Below, piece by piece: positions 1-8,937 of a stretch of DNA of 47,509 bases. Source of the DNA: an uncultured Pseudomonadota bacterium (GTDB lineage: Bacteria; Pseudomonadota; Alphaproteobacteria; RF32; CAG-239); the NCBI GenBank assembly GCA_949295395.1, contig CASFLB010000001.1, positions 1 to 47,509 on the forward strand, written 5' to 3'. The translations under genes were made by a program, and so were the position numbers. Under the pieces are notes generated by a model. The model had not been told where the DNA came from. It saw only the letters and a list, made by a program, of their open reading frames with translations, and did not search any database. The number at the start of each line of letters is the position of its first letter. Position 1 is the stretch's first letter.

Positions 1-254
1 AAGACAAAAGTTAATTTACAGAAGTTTGGCGCATATCCCCCCATGTTTCTATACCCAGGGGCAACCTTTATGTAGGTTAAATATTTTTCTTTTCCTAACT
101 CGTATATTTGGTCCGGTGGCCCTAAACGAAAGACGAGTTCCCCTTCCTCAAGGCCAATATAGCTCCAATTATCGGTTCTGATATATTTTGTTCTGGTGCA
201 TGACGCGGCTAATATTACTATTCCGGCCAAGGCTAACAGCTTTTTTATTTGCAT
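1..254 (-). CDS. putative lipoprotein, truncated by the window edge (N-terminal 84 aa present)
   Basis: Own minus-strand translation from ATG at 254 gives MQIKKLLALAGIVILAASCTRTKYIRTDNWSYIGLEEGELVFRLGPPDQIYELGKEKYLTYIKVAPGYRNMGGYAPNFCKLTFV..., open to position 1. It has a hydrophobic signal peptide followed by a lipobox-like AASC. It is absent from the supplied ORF track because there is no stop in the window. Confidence 0.45.
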   Translation of the reverse strand, partial: MQIKKLLALAGIVILAASCTRTKYIRTDNWSYIGLEEGELVFRLGPPDQIYELGKEKYLTYIKVAPGYRNMGGYAPNFCKLTFV

Positions 255-394
255 TGCATTCTTCCTATCTGGCTGCATTTTAATGTGTTTTATTCTAGCT
301 TTTATTTCTTAATAAACCCTTATTTTCATAAATTTAATTTAATTTTAAGTAATTTCTTTTATCATTTTGTTATCGTTAATATGAGGATTTTGTG

Positions 395-859
395 ATGAAA
401 AAATCTTTTTCTAAGTTGTTTGCTTTTTCTCTTGCTTTGTCCCTGCCCTTTATTGCCGAAGCCCAAAATTCAAATTCTTCGTCTCTGCCGAAAAATTTTG
501 ATTTTGATTCTTGCATGAATAAGGCCTCTAAAATTAATGAAGATGCTAGTGCTGATTGCATGAAGTATGAAAGTGAACGCTTAGAACAGCTTATTTATGC
601 TGAATATGAAAATATTCTTAATGACGAAAATTTTAAAACATGGAATGAGAATGGTACCATGTTTCGCGGAAAGTTACGCACTCTTTACGAAAACTGGAAA
701 GCTTACCGCGAATCTTTTTGTTCTCTCTATGCTTTTTCTATGGATGGATACCTAGGCTCCAACCATTATAATACACAACGCTGTAAACTCGATTTAACAC
801 GCAAGCATTATGACTATATTAAGGTTATTCGTTCCAATAAGATTTCTACCCCAGATTAA
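395..859 (+). CDS. secreted DUF1311 / LprI-like (lysozyme-inhibitor-like) family protein
   Basis: ORF 392..859. The ATG at 395 lies 8 nt after AGGA (383-386). Signal peptide is MKKSFSKLFAFSLALSLPFIAEA. The DUF1311 pattern is present: C..x..C, ERLEQLIYAEYENIL, WKAYRESFC, ...C..DLTRK. Confidence 0.65.
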   Translation: MKKSFSKLFAFSLALSLPFIAEAQNSNSSSLPKNFDFDSCMNKASKINEDASADCMKYESERLEQLIYAEYENILNDENFKTWNENGTMFRGKLRTLYENWKAYRESFCSLYAFSMDGYLGSNHYNTQRCKLDLTRKHYDYIKVIRSNKISTPD

Positions 860-1568
860 AGCTGAAACTCGTTCCTTTGCCAACCGTTGTGTTTACTCTT
901 ATTTTGGTGTGAACAAGGTCAGCTATTTTTTTGACGATTGCCAGTCCTAATCCAGCTCCATGTCGGCGGTTGCTCGGGTTTTGACCGCTTTGATAAAATT
1001 CATCAAAGATATAAGGCATATCTTCATCGGCAATTCCACAGCCGTTGTCAATAATGCTTATCAGAACTTTATTGCCTCTTCTTTTGCAACCAAAAACAAT
1101 TTTACTTTTCGTGTATTTAATTGCATTTGTGAGCAAATTTCTTAACATTCGCTCAACGAGAATCGGGTCGCTTTTTATTTTCAGACTGCATGGAATGTAT
1201 TGTAATTTTATGCCTTTTAATTTGCAGATAAACGCAAATTCTTCAGCTATTTTATCGGTTAAATGTCTTAAACAAAACTCTTTTTCATCGTAACGAAAGC
1301 CACCATAGTCCAGCTTTGATAAATCTAAATAGTTTGAGAGAAGATTTTTCATATTTTCGGCTGAGTATTCAATTTTTTTTGCCAAATCTTCTTGCTCCTT
1401 GTTTAGCTTTGTTTCCAAGAGCATGGCTGTAAATATGTGCAGCGCTTGTAAAGGTTGACGCAAATCATGCGCGGCTTGTGCTAAAAAATAAGATTTTGAA
1501 TTACTTATTTTTTCACAATTTTTTAGTTCTTGTACCATCTTACGGTATTTGTCTTTTATTTTTTCCAT
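846..1568 (-). CDS. sensor-less histidine kinase core (HisKA + HATPase_c only)
   Basis: H box FLAQAAHDLRQPLQAL, N box LLTNAIKYT, G1 DNGCGI, F box FDEFYQ, G2 GAGLGLAIV. The track ORF starts at a TTG (1637) that would overlap the upstream gene. The ATG at 1568 lies 12 nt after the upstream stop (1580) and is preferred. No TM or sensor domain is present. Confidence 0.8.
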   Translation of the reverse strand: MEKIKDKYRKMVQELKNCEKISNSKSYFLAQAAHDLRQPLQALHIFTAMLLETKLNKEQEDLAKKIEYSAENMKNLLSNYLDLSKLDYGGFRYDEKEFCLRHLTDKIAEEFAFICKLKGIKLQYIPCSLKIKSDPILVERMLRNLLTNAIKYTKSKIVFGCKRRGNKVLISIIDNGCGIADEDMPYIFDEFYQSGQNPSNRRHGAGLGLAIVKKIADLVHTKIRVNTTVGKGTSFSFNLG

Positions 1569-1579
1569 TGTTTTTCCAT

Positions 1580-2521
1580 TCAAATTTCTTCCGACCAAAG
1601 TTCTTGCCCTACCGTTCTTGGAAGTTTGAAATACCAATAGTCATACAGAAAGGCGTTGTTCTTTACATAATCATTTATGTTCGCTGTTGGAAGAGATGTC
1701 GTCGAAATTTTTTGTTTTAGCCAATAATCATTGTCTTTTTTATACAAAGTTAGATTTACAATCATTCCGTCGAAGGTTTTTAGTTCTATTGTTTTTTTAT
1801 CTTGATAGAGCTTTTCATCAAAATTTTGCGCCGATAGGACTTTTTCAAAAAGTAAAAATTCTACCATTTTGAGAAGACGGTCTGCTTTGTATGTATCTTG
1901 GTTGTTCGTTTTATAGATGTTTTCGGTTATTTTCCGCTCTGCTGTTTGCCCGTTTATGGTGATGCTTTTAATGCCGGTTTTATTTAAAGATAATAAAGGT
2001 TGTTGAAGCCATAAAATTATTTTTTCAGGAAAGACCAGCTCGTTCTCAATTGTATAAAAACCTTTTCTGCCCTTGATTTTTGCGTATGCAATTTTAGATT
2101 CTTGTTGCGGTTTCATAAATGTAATTTCGGCTTGTTCTTGCTTTTGTTTGTTATAAACTTTAATTGTTATACCGTTTTTTTCAAGGATTTGACTTTCTTC
2201 GGAACTTAAATTTATCTCGTTTAATATTTTGCTGTTTTTTATAAAGTTTTCAAGCTGTGCCATGCTTTGATAATTTGCATAGTAAAAGTCGGCTTCTTTT
2301 ATTTGCCACAAACCGTCTGTCTTTTCAAAAGTTATTGTTGTTTTGGGCATTTTTATTTCAAGATGTGATAAGCTATCTTCTTTGGTTGCAATTTTTCCGA
2401 ATGTCGATTTGCCTTGTGTTTGTTCGTAGGCGGCTTTATCTTGGAAAAAACATGAGCTTAAGGCTAGCAAAAGGCAAGCCACGAATCCTATAAAAGCTTG
2501 GACTAATGTTTTTTGGTTCAT
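1580..2521 (-). CDS. DUF4340-like protein, last member of a GldG-type ABC operon
   Basis: 313-aa ORF with an N-terminal signal/lipobox-like sequence (LLLALSSC). Its start overlaps the GldG-like stop by 1 nt (TAATG). The position after ATPase, ABC-2 permease and GldG matches the usual four-gene operon. The family call is by context and general resemblance. Confidence 0.55.
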   Translation of the reverse strand: MNQKTLVQAFIGFVACLLLALSSCFFQDKAAYEQTQGKSTFGKIATKEDSLSHLEIKMPKTTITFEKTDGLWQIKEADFYYANYQSMAQLENFIKNSKILNEINLSSEESQILEKNGITIKVYNKQKQEQAEITFMKPQQESKIAYAKIKGRKGFYTIENELVFPEKIILWLQQPLLSLNKTGIKSITINGQTAERKITENIYKTNNQDTYKADRLLKMVEFLLFEKVLSAQNFDEKLYQDKKTIELKTFDGMIVNLTLYKKDNDYWLKQKISTTSLPTANINDYVKNNAFLYDYWYFKLPRTVGQELWSEEI

Positions 2522-4356
2522 TAATTTTTCTCCTGAGATATACGACGTTTTTTTAAGCGATGTCTAAGCCATAGGGTTATAAATCCAGCATAAACAAGCA
2601 TTAAGATAACGCTTAACATCGTGTATATTTTCATCTTTTGTTTGTATGCTTTATCTGTTGCATAATCGAGATATCTTAATTCTTTTTCAAGCGATGTTAT
2701 TTGTTCTTGAAGCTGGTTTATTTGTTTGGCGCTTCCCAAGGAATAATCTTGATAATTTATTCCTTCTGCTTTGTTTAATAACTGTTCAAGCTGTTGTGTC
2801 TTTTCTTCTTTTGCTTGTGAGACATCTTGTTCAGCTTCTTTTTTGAACTTTGTTCCGAGGCTGTCTTTGGGAAGAAAGGGATGAATGCCTAGGGTTGTTA
2901 AATCTTCTTTTTCATTTAAGCTATTTAAAATTCGTTCTAAGAGTAACCCGTTTTCGCTCCAAGGAACGATACCGTATGTTGTATTCTTATTTTTAAAACT
3001 GTTGTCCGACCAGGTCTCATCATATAAAAAATCAATGTCTGATATTATATAAATTTGCCCTTTCTTTAAGGCTTGCGGGAGAAATGATAACATTTCTTTT
3101 TCATATTTTGAGCCTTTCATTATGTTTTCGGTATAGGCTGATGAAAATTTTCCTTCGATTTTTGCGGCCAATATATAGTCTTTATTGGTTTCTTTGAAAT
3201 TGTTTGCAGCAATTTCTTTATAGCTTTGGATTGAACTTTTGCTCTCAATTGTTCCACTTTTACCGCTAATCGTGATTAAAGGAGTTAATTTATAGTCTTG
3301 TGCTTTTGATGATACGGCTTCGATGGCCGCCGGCGCTCTGAAGGATAGACTGGTTAAATTTTGCATTATCGGTGTTTGGGCGTTAAAATTGGTTTTATCC
3401 AAATTCATCCACGCCATGTATGGAAATGTTTTATTGTTTGAACGAATTTCTATACCCTTTTCCAGACTACCTATGGTATTATCCGATGAGAATTTTATTC
3501 CCCAATTTTGAAGAAGTTGGCTTATTTTTTGGTCATCATTGCGTTTTTTGCTTTTTTCATCAATCGAATCGATAAAGAAAATTATATTACCCCCACGTAA
3601 CAAAAATTGATCAAGCGCATATTGTCCAATATTGGCTAGGCCTTTGGAGGGATTAACAACAATCATCGTTTTGATGTCTAAGGCAATTTGCACAGCATAA
3701 TCACTTATCGGCACAAGCTGGTATTTGTTACTTAACTGATTAAATATGTTTTGATTCTTTGTTAAATCAAGCTTTCCCGATGTATCCAGCAACAGATGCA
3801 TATCCGGCGCCATAACCCCTATTTTGGGAAGTTTTGGGGATAAGGTCAGCTGTTTTATTGCCGAGGTTATATCATATTCTAAATAAGGGCCACGCATCTC
3901 AACGAAGTTTGGAATTGTGATATAGCGCCCCTCATTATTGGTTATAACCCCACCGAAGTATAAGTTAACTTTTCCGTCTTTGCTTAAAAACTCTTTTATT
4001 CCGTATTGTTCCGCTTCATGTTCTTGAGGGCTGTATGGCTCAATTTCAATAATTTCCGTAATGACGCGATTTTGGCTTTCTTTTTCATAACGTTTAGCCA
4101 AATCTGTAACGTATTTACTGTATTCTCCGGTTTGCGGATAATCTTGTGTGATTTGTGGTGAAATATAAATTCGTAATGTTTGTTTATCTTTTAGATTTGA
4201 TAAAATATCTTTCGTTTCGGCAGAAAGACTGTATCGGTTATTGTCACTCATATCGACATAACTATTTTCAAAGAAGCGAGCCATGCTGTAGTTGAACAGG
4301 TAAAATATTCCAACTAACAGAACAAAAAATATAAATGTGCTTAATTTTCGTTTCAT
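2521..4356 (-). CDS. GldG-family ABC-transport auxiliary protein
   Basis: 611 aa with N-terminal and C-terminal TM helices flanking a large periplasmic domain. It follows an ABC-2 permease and ATPase, the typical ABC-type uncharacterized transport system (GldG) layout. Confidence 0.7.
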   Translation of the reverse strand: MKRKLSTFIFFVLLVGIFYLFNYSMARFFENSYVDMSDNNRYSLSAETKDILSNLKDKQTLRIYISPQITQDYPQTGEYSKYVTDLAKRYEKESQNRVITEIIEIEPYSPQEHEAEQYGIKEFLSKDGKVNLYFGGVITNNEGRYITIPNFVEMRGPYLEYDITSAIKQLTLSPKLPKIGVMAPDMHLLLDTSGKLDLTKNQNIFNQLSNKYQLVPISDYAVQIALDIKTMIVVNPSKGLANIGQYALDQFLLRGGNIIFFIDSIDEKSKKRNDDQKISQLLQNWGIKFSSDNTIGSLEKGIEIRSNNKTFPYMAWMNLDKTNFNAQTPIMQNLTSLSFRAPAAIEAVSSKAQDYKLTPLITISGKSGTIESKSSIQSYKEIAANNFKETNKDYILAAKIEGKFSSAYTENIMKGSKYEKEMLSFLPQALKKGQIYIISDIDFLYDETWSDNSFKNKNTTYGIVPWSENGLLLERILNSLNEKEDLTTLGIHPFLPKDSLGTKFKKEAEQDVSQAKEEKTQQLEQLLNKAEGINYQDYSLGSAKQINQLQEQITSLEKELRYLDYATDKAYKQKMKIYTMLSVILMLVYAGFITLWLRHRLKKRRISQEKN

Positions 4357-4369
4357 TTTGCTCTCCGGT

Positions 4370-5077
4370 TTATATTTTTTGGCGATTGTTTATCACGGCA
4401 ATTGTTCCCCATAAGCTAATTAAAGCCATGCTTATGTAGTATAGTATCGACGATAGACTGACTTTTCCATTTATTAGGTTTTGATAATTCTCTTGAAAGC
4501 CTAAATCAGCAAGTGATACTGCTTGGCTGATTTTATCCGGAGTTATTACGGTGATGCTCCATATCACCAATAAACTTCCCAAATAAGCAAGAGCTGGCTT
4601 TTTGCTACAAGCCGATATTAACCCTCCAACGGCACAAAAGGCTATTGTTATCAGCGCGCAACACAGATATCCTGACAAAACCGTGAGCCAATTAATATTT
4701 CCGTAAATTTTTATTAAAAACATTTGTGGAATGAGTGTCGACAACATGATTAATGAAAAGCTTACGGAGGCTAAATACTTTCCAATGATGATGTCTTTAT
4801 ATTCAAGAGGTTGGGTTAAAAGAAATTCAATTGTTCCCGAGCGATATTCGTCAGTCCATAAATGCATGGTTATTCCCGGTATCAGAGCGGCTAAAATATC
4901 TGGTTGATAGCGAAAAAAAGACACCATATTTCGATTATCTATTGAGAAAAAATTTCCAAAGATTAGCGCACAACTTAAGCTTAAGGCAATATATAAGCTT
5001 ATAATAAAATAGGCCGACAGGTTTCCGAAATAAGAGTAAAACTCTTTTTTATATATTGCTTTTATTTGTTTTTTCAT
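4370..5077 (-). CDS. ABC-2 type transporter permease
   Basis: 235 aa and polytopic (about 6 hydrophobic segments). Its start overlaps the ATPase stop by 4 nt (ATGA). Confidence 0.7.
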   Translation of the reverse strand: MKKQIKAIYKKEFYSYFGNLSAYFIISLYIALSLSCALIFGNFFSIDNRNMVSFFRYQPDILAALIPGITMHLWTDEYRSGTIEFLLTQPLEYKDIIIGKYLASVSFSLIMLSTLIPQMFLIKIYGNINWLTVLSGYLCCALITIAFCAVGGLISACSKKPALAYLGSLLVIWSITVITPDKISQAVSLADLGFQENYQNLINGKVSLSSILYYISMALISLWGTIAVINNRQKI

Positions 5078-5811
5078 GCTCTTATTCCTTCTTGGTTTTG
5101 TTTTTCGGTTATGCGGCGAAAGGCACTGCTGAGGTCTCTTTCCGGCATTTGATATTTGAGACGCATGGGTGTGGTATCTGTTACCATTTTTCCCTCGTTT
5201 AGCAAAATGATGCGATTAGCAATGGCCTCGACATCCTCCATGATATGGGTTGAAAGCAAAACGGCTCCTTGGGATGCAAATTCCCTTATGAAAGATCTCA
5301 ATCCATATTTCTGATTGGGGTCTAGTCCTTCTGAAGGTTCATCCATTATCAAAATTTTTGGACCATGAATGAGCGCTCCGGCAATAGCGACTCTATGACG
5401 ATAGCCTTTGGATAACTCTCCTATCGGACGATTTAGTACCGTTTTTAATTCGAGTTTATTGACTAAATGTTTTAATCTTTCTTCCAATATTTGTTCTTTT
5501 ATGTCCCAAATTTCTGCTGTGAAATTTAAGAACTCAAAGACGGTCATATCATTATAAAGCGGCGCGTTTTCGGGAATATATCCAATTTGGTGAAGAACAG
5601 AGACTCTTTCTTTGGCAATGTCTTTATCTTGGTAGACTATTCGACCTTCCGTTGGGGATAACAATCCGGTCATTAAGCGGATTAATGTTGTCTTTCCAGC
5701 TCCGTTTGGCCCCAATAGAGCAACAATTTCTCCTCGTTCTATACGAAAACTAATATCGTGCAATGCAATTAGATTACCAAAACTTTTACTTATTTTTTCA
5801 ACACTTATCAT
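5074..5811 (-). CDS. ABC transporter ATP-binding protein
   Basis: Walker A GPNGAGKTT, signature LSKGYRHR, Walker B ILIMDEPSEGLD, H-loop STHIMED. Confidence 0.9.
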   Translation of the reverse strand: MISVEKISKSFGNLIALHDISFRIERGEIVALLGPNGAGKTTLIRLMTGLLSPTEGRIVYQDKDIAKERVSVLHQIGYIPENAPLYNDMTVFEFLNFTAEIWDIKEQILEERLKHLVNKLELKTVLNRPIGELSKGYRHRVAIAGALIHGPKILIMDEPSEGLDPNQKYGLRSFIREFASQGAVLLSTHIMEDVEAIANRIILLNEGKMVTDTTPMRLKYQMPERDLSSAFRRITEKQNQEGIRA

Positions 5812-5968
5812 GTTGTCCCCTTGTTTTTGACTCTTATAATCCCTTTTTATTTTAACAATTTATTTTTAAATTTTAACAACTATTTTATTTTCTTTAAAAG
5901 TTGGTGACAAAATTTTTATTTTGTTCTATCTATATATATGAGTTTTTTTGCTTGTAGGAGTTTTTTAA

Positions 5969-6454
5969 GTGTCTGAATTTTATTCAAGAGAAGAATCTCG
6001 CACCATAAAAACGGGACTTTATGCCCTTTTAGCAATTGTAATCGTTGCGTCTTTAACCGTTTGGGGACGACAAGATACGACAGAGCTTGATGATGGACAG
6101 TCTTATGAAATCAAAGCTCGTTTTGGTCGTACGGATGGTCTTTTGGTTGGCGATTTGGTGCGTATGGCCGGCGTTAACATCGGTAAAGTTGTTGATGCTC
6201 AGCTTGATAAAGATTTTCGTGCCATTTTAACCCTTGATATTAATGAAAATATTCATATTCCCGATGATAGCAGTGCTTCTATTGTCAGTTCCGGAATTAT
6301 GGGGAAAAAATATATTGAGATTGAACCCGGTGGTTCTTTTGATTTTATTTCTCCGGGAGGTGAGTTCTCTTATACTCAAGATGCTATGGTTATTGAAGAG
6401 CTTATCGATCGAATCATCTCTATTGGTAAAGCTAATAAGTCAGAAAATAAATAA
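5969..6454 (+). CDS. mlaD: MlaD-family (MCE domain) outer-membrane lipid asymmetry protein, copy 1
   Basis: GTG start 9 nt after AGGAG. N-terminal TM (GLYALLAIVIVASLTVW) followed by an MCE domain (YEIKARFGRTDGLLVGDLVRMAGVNIGKV...KKYIEIEPGG). Confidence 0.8.
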   Translation: MSEFYSREESRTIKTGLYALLAIVIVASLTVWGRQDTTELDDGQSYEIKARFGRTDGLLVGDLVRMAGVNIGKVVDAQLDKDFRAILTLDINENIHIPDDSSASIVSSGIMGKKYIEIEPGGSFDFISPGGEFSYTQDAMVIEELIDRIISIGKANKSENK

Positions 6455-6471
6455 ATTGAAAGGTTTGTGCT

Positions 6472-6933
6472 ATGAATAAAAGGCCTATGGAAACTATTAT
6501 GGGAGTTGTCGTTCTTTTTGTGGCAGCGTTTTTTCTCTATTTTGCTTATAAAGTTTCTGATTTGCAAGTTGTTAAAGGCTATGAGGTTACAGCTCGTTTT
6601 CTTAAAGTCGGCGGTTTAACCGTTGGGTCTGATGTCCGAATTAATGGTATTAAAGTCGGTACAGTCATTTCGCAAAAACTTGATAATGAAAATTATGATG
6701 CTCAAATCGTTATGAGCCTAGCTTCGGATATTAAACTGCCTAAAGATAGTACGGCTGTTATTGTCGGTGATGGTTTGGTTGGGGATAAATTTATTAAAAT
6801 TGAACCCGGTCATAGTTCTGAGTTTTTAAAAGACGGTGATGTCATCACTAATGTTAAAGACTTCAAAACAATTGAGGATATGGTTGGCGAAATTATCTTT
6901 ATGGTGACAGACAATGGTAAAAACAGCGACTAA
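6472..6933 (+). CDS. mlaD: MlaD-family (MCE domain) protein, copy 2 (tandem paralogue)
   Basis: N-terminal TM followed by an MCE domain (YEVTARFLKVGGLTVGSDVRINGIKVGTV...DKFIKIEPGH). It aligns colinearly with copy 1. Confidence 0.8.
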   Translation: MNKRPMETIMGVVVLFVAAFFLYFAYKVSDLQVVKGYEVTARFLKVGGLTVGSDVRINGIKVGTVISQKLDNENYDAQIVMSLASDIKLPKDSTAVIVGDGLVGDKFIKIEPGHSSEFLKDGDVITNVKDFKTIEDMVGEIIFMVTDNGKNSD

Positions 6934-7927
6934 ATTTGCAGTATCTTTCTTGGCGTTAACAGCTTTTTCAGCTCAAGCAACTGAAATTGATACAAATTCG
7001 GCTCAACTTCAAGCTATGAATAAGCTGACAGGGCGTGTTTCGGTTATTGATGTACCGGTTAATGGTGAAGCTCAGTTTGGAAGCTTTTCTATTGTTGTTC
7101 GGGCTTGTAAAACAAGACCTCCTGAGGAAACCCCTGATAATTTTGCTTTTGTTGATGTGGTCGAGCGTAAAGAAGATGGGGCATCTTCCAATATATTTAA
7201 AGGGTGGATGATTTCTTCCAGCCCGGCACTTAATGCTGTTGAACATCCGATTTATGATGTGTGGTTGTTACAATGTCGAAATGTTGAGGTCGATCCATCC
7301 AAGATTCTTTCTGACGAGGAATTAGCGGCTCGTGATGAGTTTGTTCCCGAAACGACAACATCTTCTCAAAATACGGTTCCATCTTCTCAAGAAAACAAAC
7401 CCGAAGAACTTCTTCCCGTGGTTGAAAACGTAACGAAAACTACTGAAACCGAAAAGATGATTCCCGTAGATGCCAAACAGGCTTCTGTTGCGGAAACAAC
7501 GTCCACCCTTGAAGAAACGCCTGTTATTGAAGATGCTTCTGATACCTCTGAAATTAAACTTCAGCCTGTTAAGGAAGACCTTGCGGTTTCTCAGGGACAA
7601 GATACTGTTCATTATGATGAGGGCGTTTATGCACCTGATTCAGAATCTTCGTCCAGTCCTCAGAATCTGTTGCCGGTAAATGAAAACATACAAACACCTG
7701 ACGAATCGGTTGATGAGGTTGTTTCCATTAATAATGTCACCGTCGAAGAGGCTCAAGTTCCTTTAGAGACTGTGCCGGAAGCTACTAATGTTATTGTTAA
7801 TGAAGACAAAGCTCTTCCTTATCCGTCCGAAGAAATCAGCCAAGATAATCTTCCTGAGCGTCCTCAACAACTGATTTCTTTTGAAGATGAGGAAAGTGTT
7901 TCTTCTTTGCCTTCAATACTACAATAA
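6914..7927 (+). CDS. DUF2155 domain protein with a long acidic, low-complexity C-terminal extension
   Basis: Signal peptide MVKTATKFAVSFLALTAFSAQA. DUF2155-like core: LQAMNKLTGRVSVIDVPVNGEAQFGSFSIVVRACKTRPPEETPDNFAFVDV...GWMISSSPALNAVEHPIYDVWLLQC. Residues from about 140 to 337 are E/S/T/P/V-rich. It overlaps mlaD copy 2 by 20 nt. Confidence 0.65.
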   Translation: MVKTATKFAVSFLALTAFSAQATEIDTNSAQLQAMNKLTGRVSVIDVPVNGEAQFGSFSIVVRACKTRPPEETPDNFAFVDVVERKEDGASSNIFKGWMISSSPALNAVEHPIYDVWLLQCRNVEVDPSKILSDEELAARDEFVPETTTSSQNTVPSSQENKPEELLPVVENVTKTTETEKMIPVDAKQASVAETTSTLEETPVIEDASDTSEIKLQPVKEDLAVSQGQDTVHYDEGVYAPDSESSSSPQNLLPVNENIQTPDESVDEVVSINNVTVEEAQVPLETVPEATNVIVNEDKALPYPSEEISQDNLPERPQQLISFEDEESVSSLPSILQ

Positions 7928-7954
7928 AGATTTTTATTTTTGAATGTCTTTGAT

Positions 7955-7980
7955 AAGAGCTGATTTTTAAGTCAGCTCTT
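7955..7980. terminator. 9-bp hairpin between convergent genes (weak terminator candidate)
   Basis: AAGAGCTGA (7955-7963) pairs with TCAGCTCTT (7972-7980) around an 8-nt loop. The U-tracts are poor on both strands, and the right arm overlaps the stop of the minus-strand ORF. Confidence 0.35.
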
Positions 7981-8865
7981 ATTTATGAGTTTTGTGTTAT
8001 ATTTTTTTATAAAAGAGCAAGGATTAGATCTTTCTTTTTGTTTTTTCTTATCGGCTTGTCCAAAATCTTGCCCCCAGTTTACATATTTTACATCAGGGAA
8101 TTCTTTTATAAAAAGTTTCCAACACATGGCCCCTGCCCCTTTGACATTACTTAATGATTTTTCAAATAATATAAGTAGTTGGTCATTGTTTTGTTTTTCT
8201 CCAATGATAAAACTTACCGGCTGATCTTGTACTCTTATGATTTTTCCTCTTAAATACTTTTTGAATATATTCCAATCTTTTAATAAACGGCATAAGGCTG
8301 TATATTCTTCCTCAGCAAATTCTAAATCATGTTCTTGATAAGCTTGTCGATTTTCAAATTGAAAAATTAGTTTTATGTCTTTGATATCTTCTTCATCTAT
8401 TTCTTTTTGTTCATATTCAAATACTCTTTCAAAAAAATGAGCGTGTTGGCGTTTTACATGAAGTTTTTTTCCTGAAAGTTCAGCCAAATCTTGTTGATTG
8501 TATATATATTCTCGGTCTTCAGGATCTTCTCTGAAACTAAAATTATTGTTTTCTATATTATGAAGTTTTAGAGCAAACTCTTCGCTCACATTTTTTAGTT
8601 CAGCACCTAGGGGCAATTGTTTGGTAAATAAATTTACCCAGTTTTTCTTTTTCCATTGGCCGATGGGCACTTTATAATAAATTTTTCCGTCCTGATAATA
8701 CCTTATCCAGCACATGTTTCTTGAAAAAGTCCACTCATACTTAAATAAATCTTTCCATGCCCACATAAAAAAGAACGAATCGTTAATATTTCGGCTAGGG
8801 CATTTTCTTTTTAGTTCAAGATAGTCCTCTAATTTCTTGGTCGAAATAGCCTCAAATTTTAACAT
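7972..8865 (-). CDS. stand-alone DUF2156 / MprF-C-terminal-like (aminoacyl-phosphatidylglycerol synthase-like) domain protein
   Basis: 297 aa and cytoplasmic. The N-terminal pattern (SFFFMWAWKDLFKYEW) and C-terminal pattern (NWGQDFGQADKKKQKERSNPCSFIKKY) resemble the DUF2156 consensus (N.eqD.G...lr..K....P). Family assignment is by eye only. Confidence 0.5.
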   Translation of the reverse strand: MLKFEAISTKKLEDYLELKRKCPSRNINDSFFFMWAWKDLFKYEWTFSRNMCWIRYYQDGKIYYKVPIGQWKKKNWVNLFTKQLPLGAELKNVSEEFALKLHNIENNNFSFREDPEDREYIYNQQDLAELSGKKLHVKRQHAHFFERVFEYEQKEIDEEDIKDIKLIFQFENRQAYQEHDLEFAEEEYTALCRLLKDWNIFKKYLRGKIIRVQDQPVSFIIGEKQNNDQLLILFEKSLSNVKGAGAMCWKLFIKEFPDVKYVNWGQDFGQADKKKQKERSNPCSFIKKYNTKLINKS

Positions 8866-8937
8866 TGCTTTACTCCAATTCTCTAAATTAGCAAAGCATA
8901 ATATAATCTGTATCTTTTGATTTTACAGGTGATTTCG

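Noticed and set aside
1569-1637. N-terminal extensions from TTG or GTG starts in the track: HK to 1637, ClpP to 30420, the coiled-coil protein to 17428, the HAD-like ORF to 30972, PpiD from 26491, and the carboxylesterase to 42568.
   Set aside because: In each case a downstream ATG has a better-spaced SD-like element, removes an overlap with the neighbour, or both. I used the shorter models. This remains unverified.
7355-7400. A direct nucleotide repeat, CATCTTCTCAA, occurs twice in the DUF2155 tail, which might suggest a tandem-repeat or contingency locus.
   Set aside because: There are only two imperfect copies, and they encode similar SSQ peptides in a low-complexity region. There is no array or homopolymer tract that would suggest phase variation.
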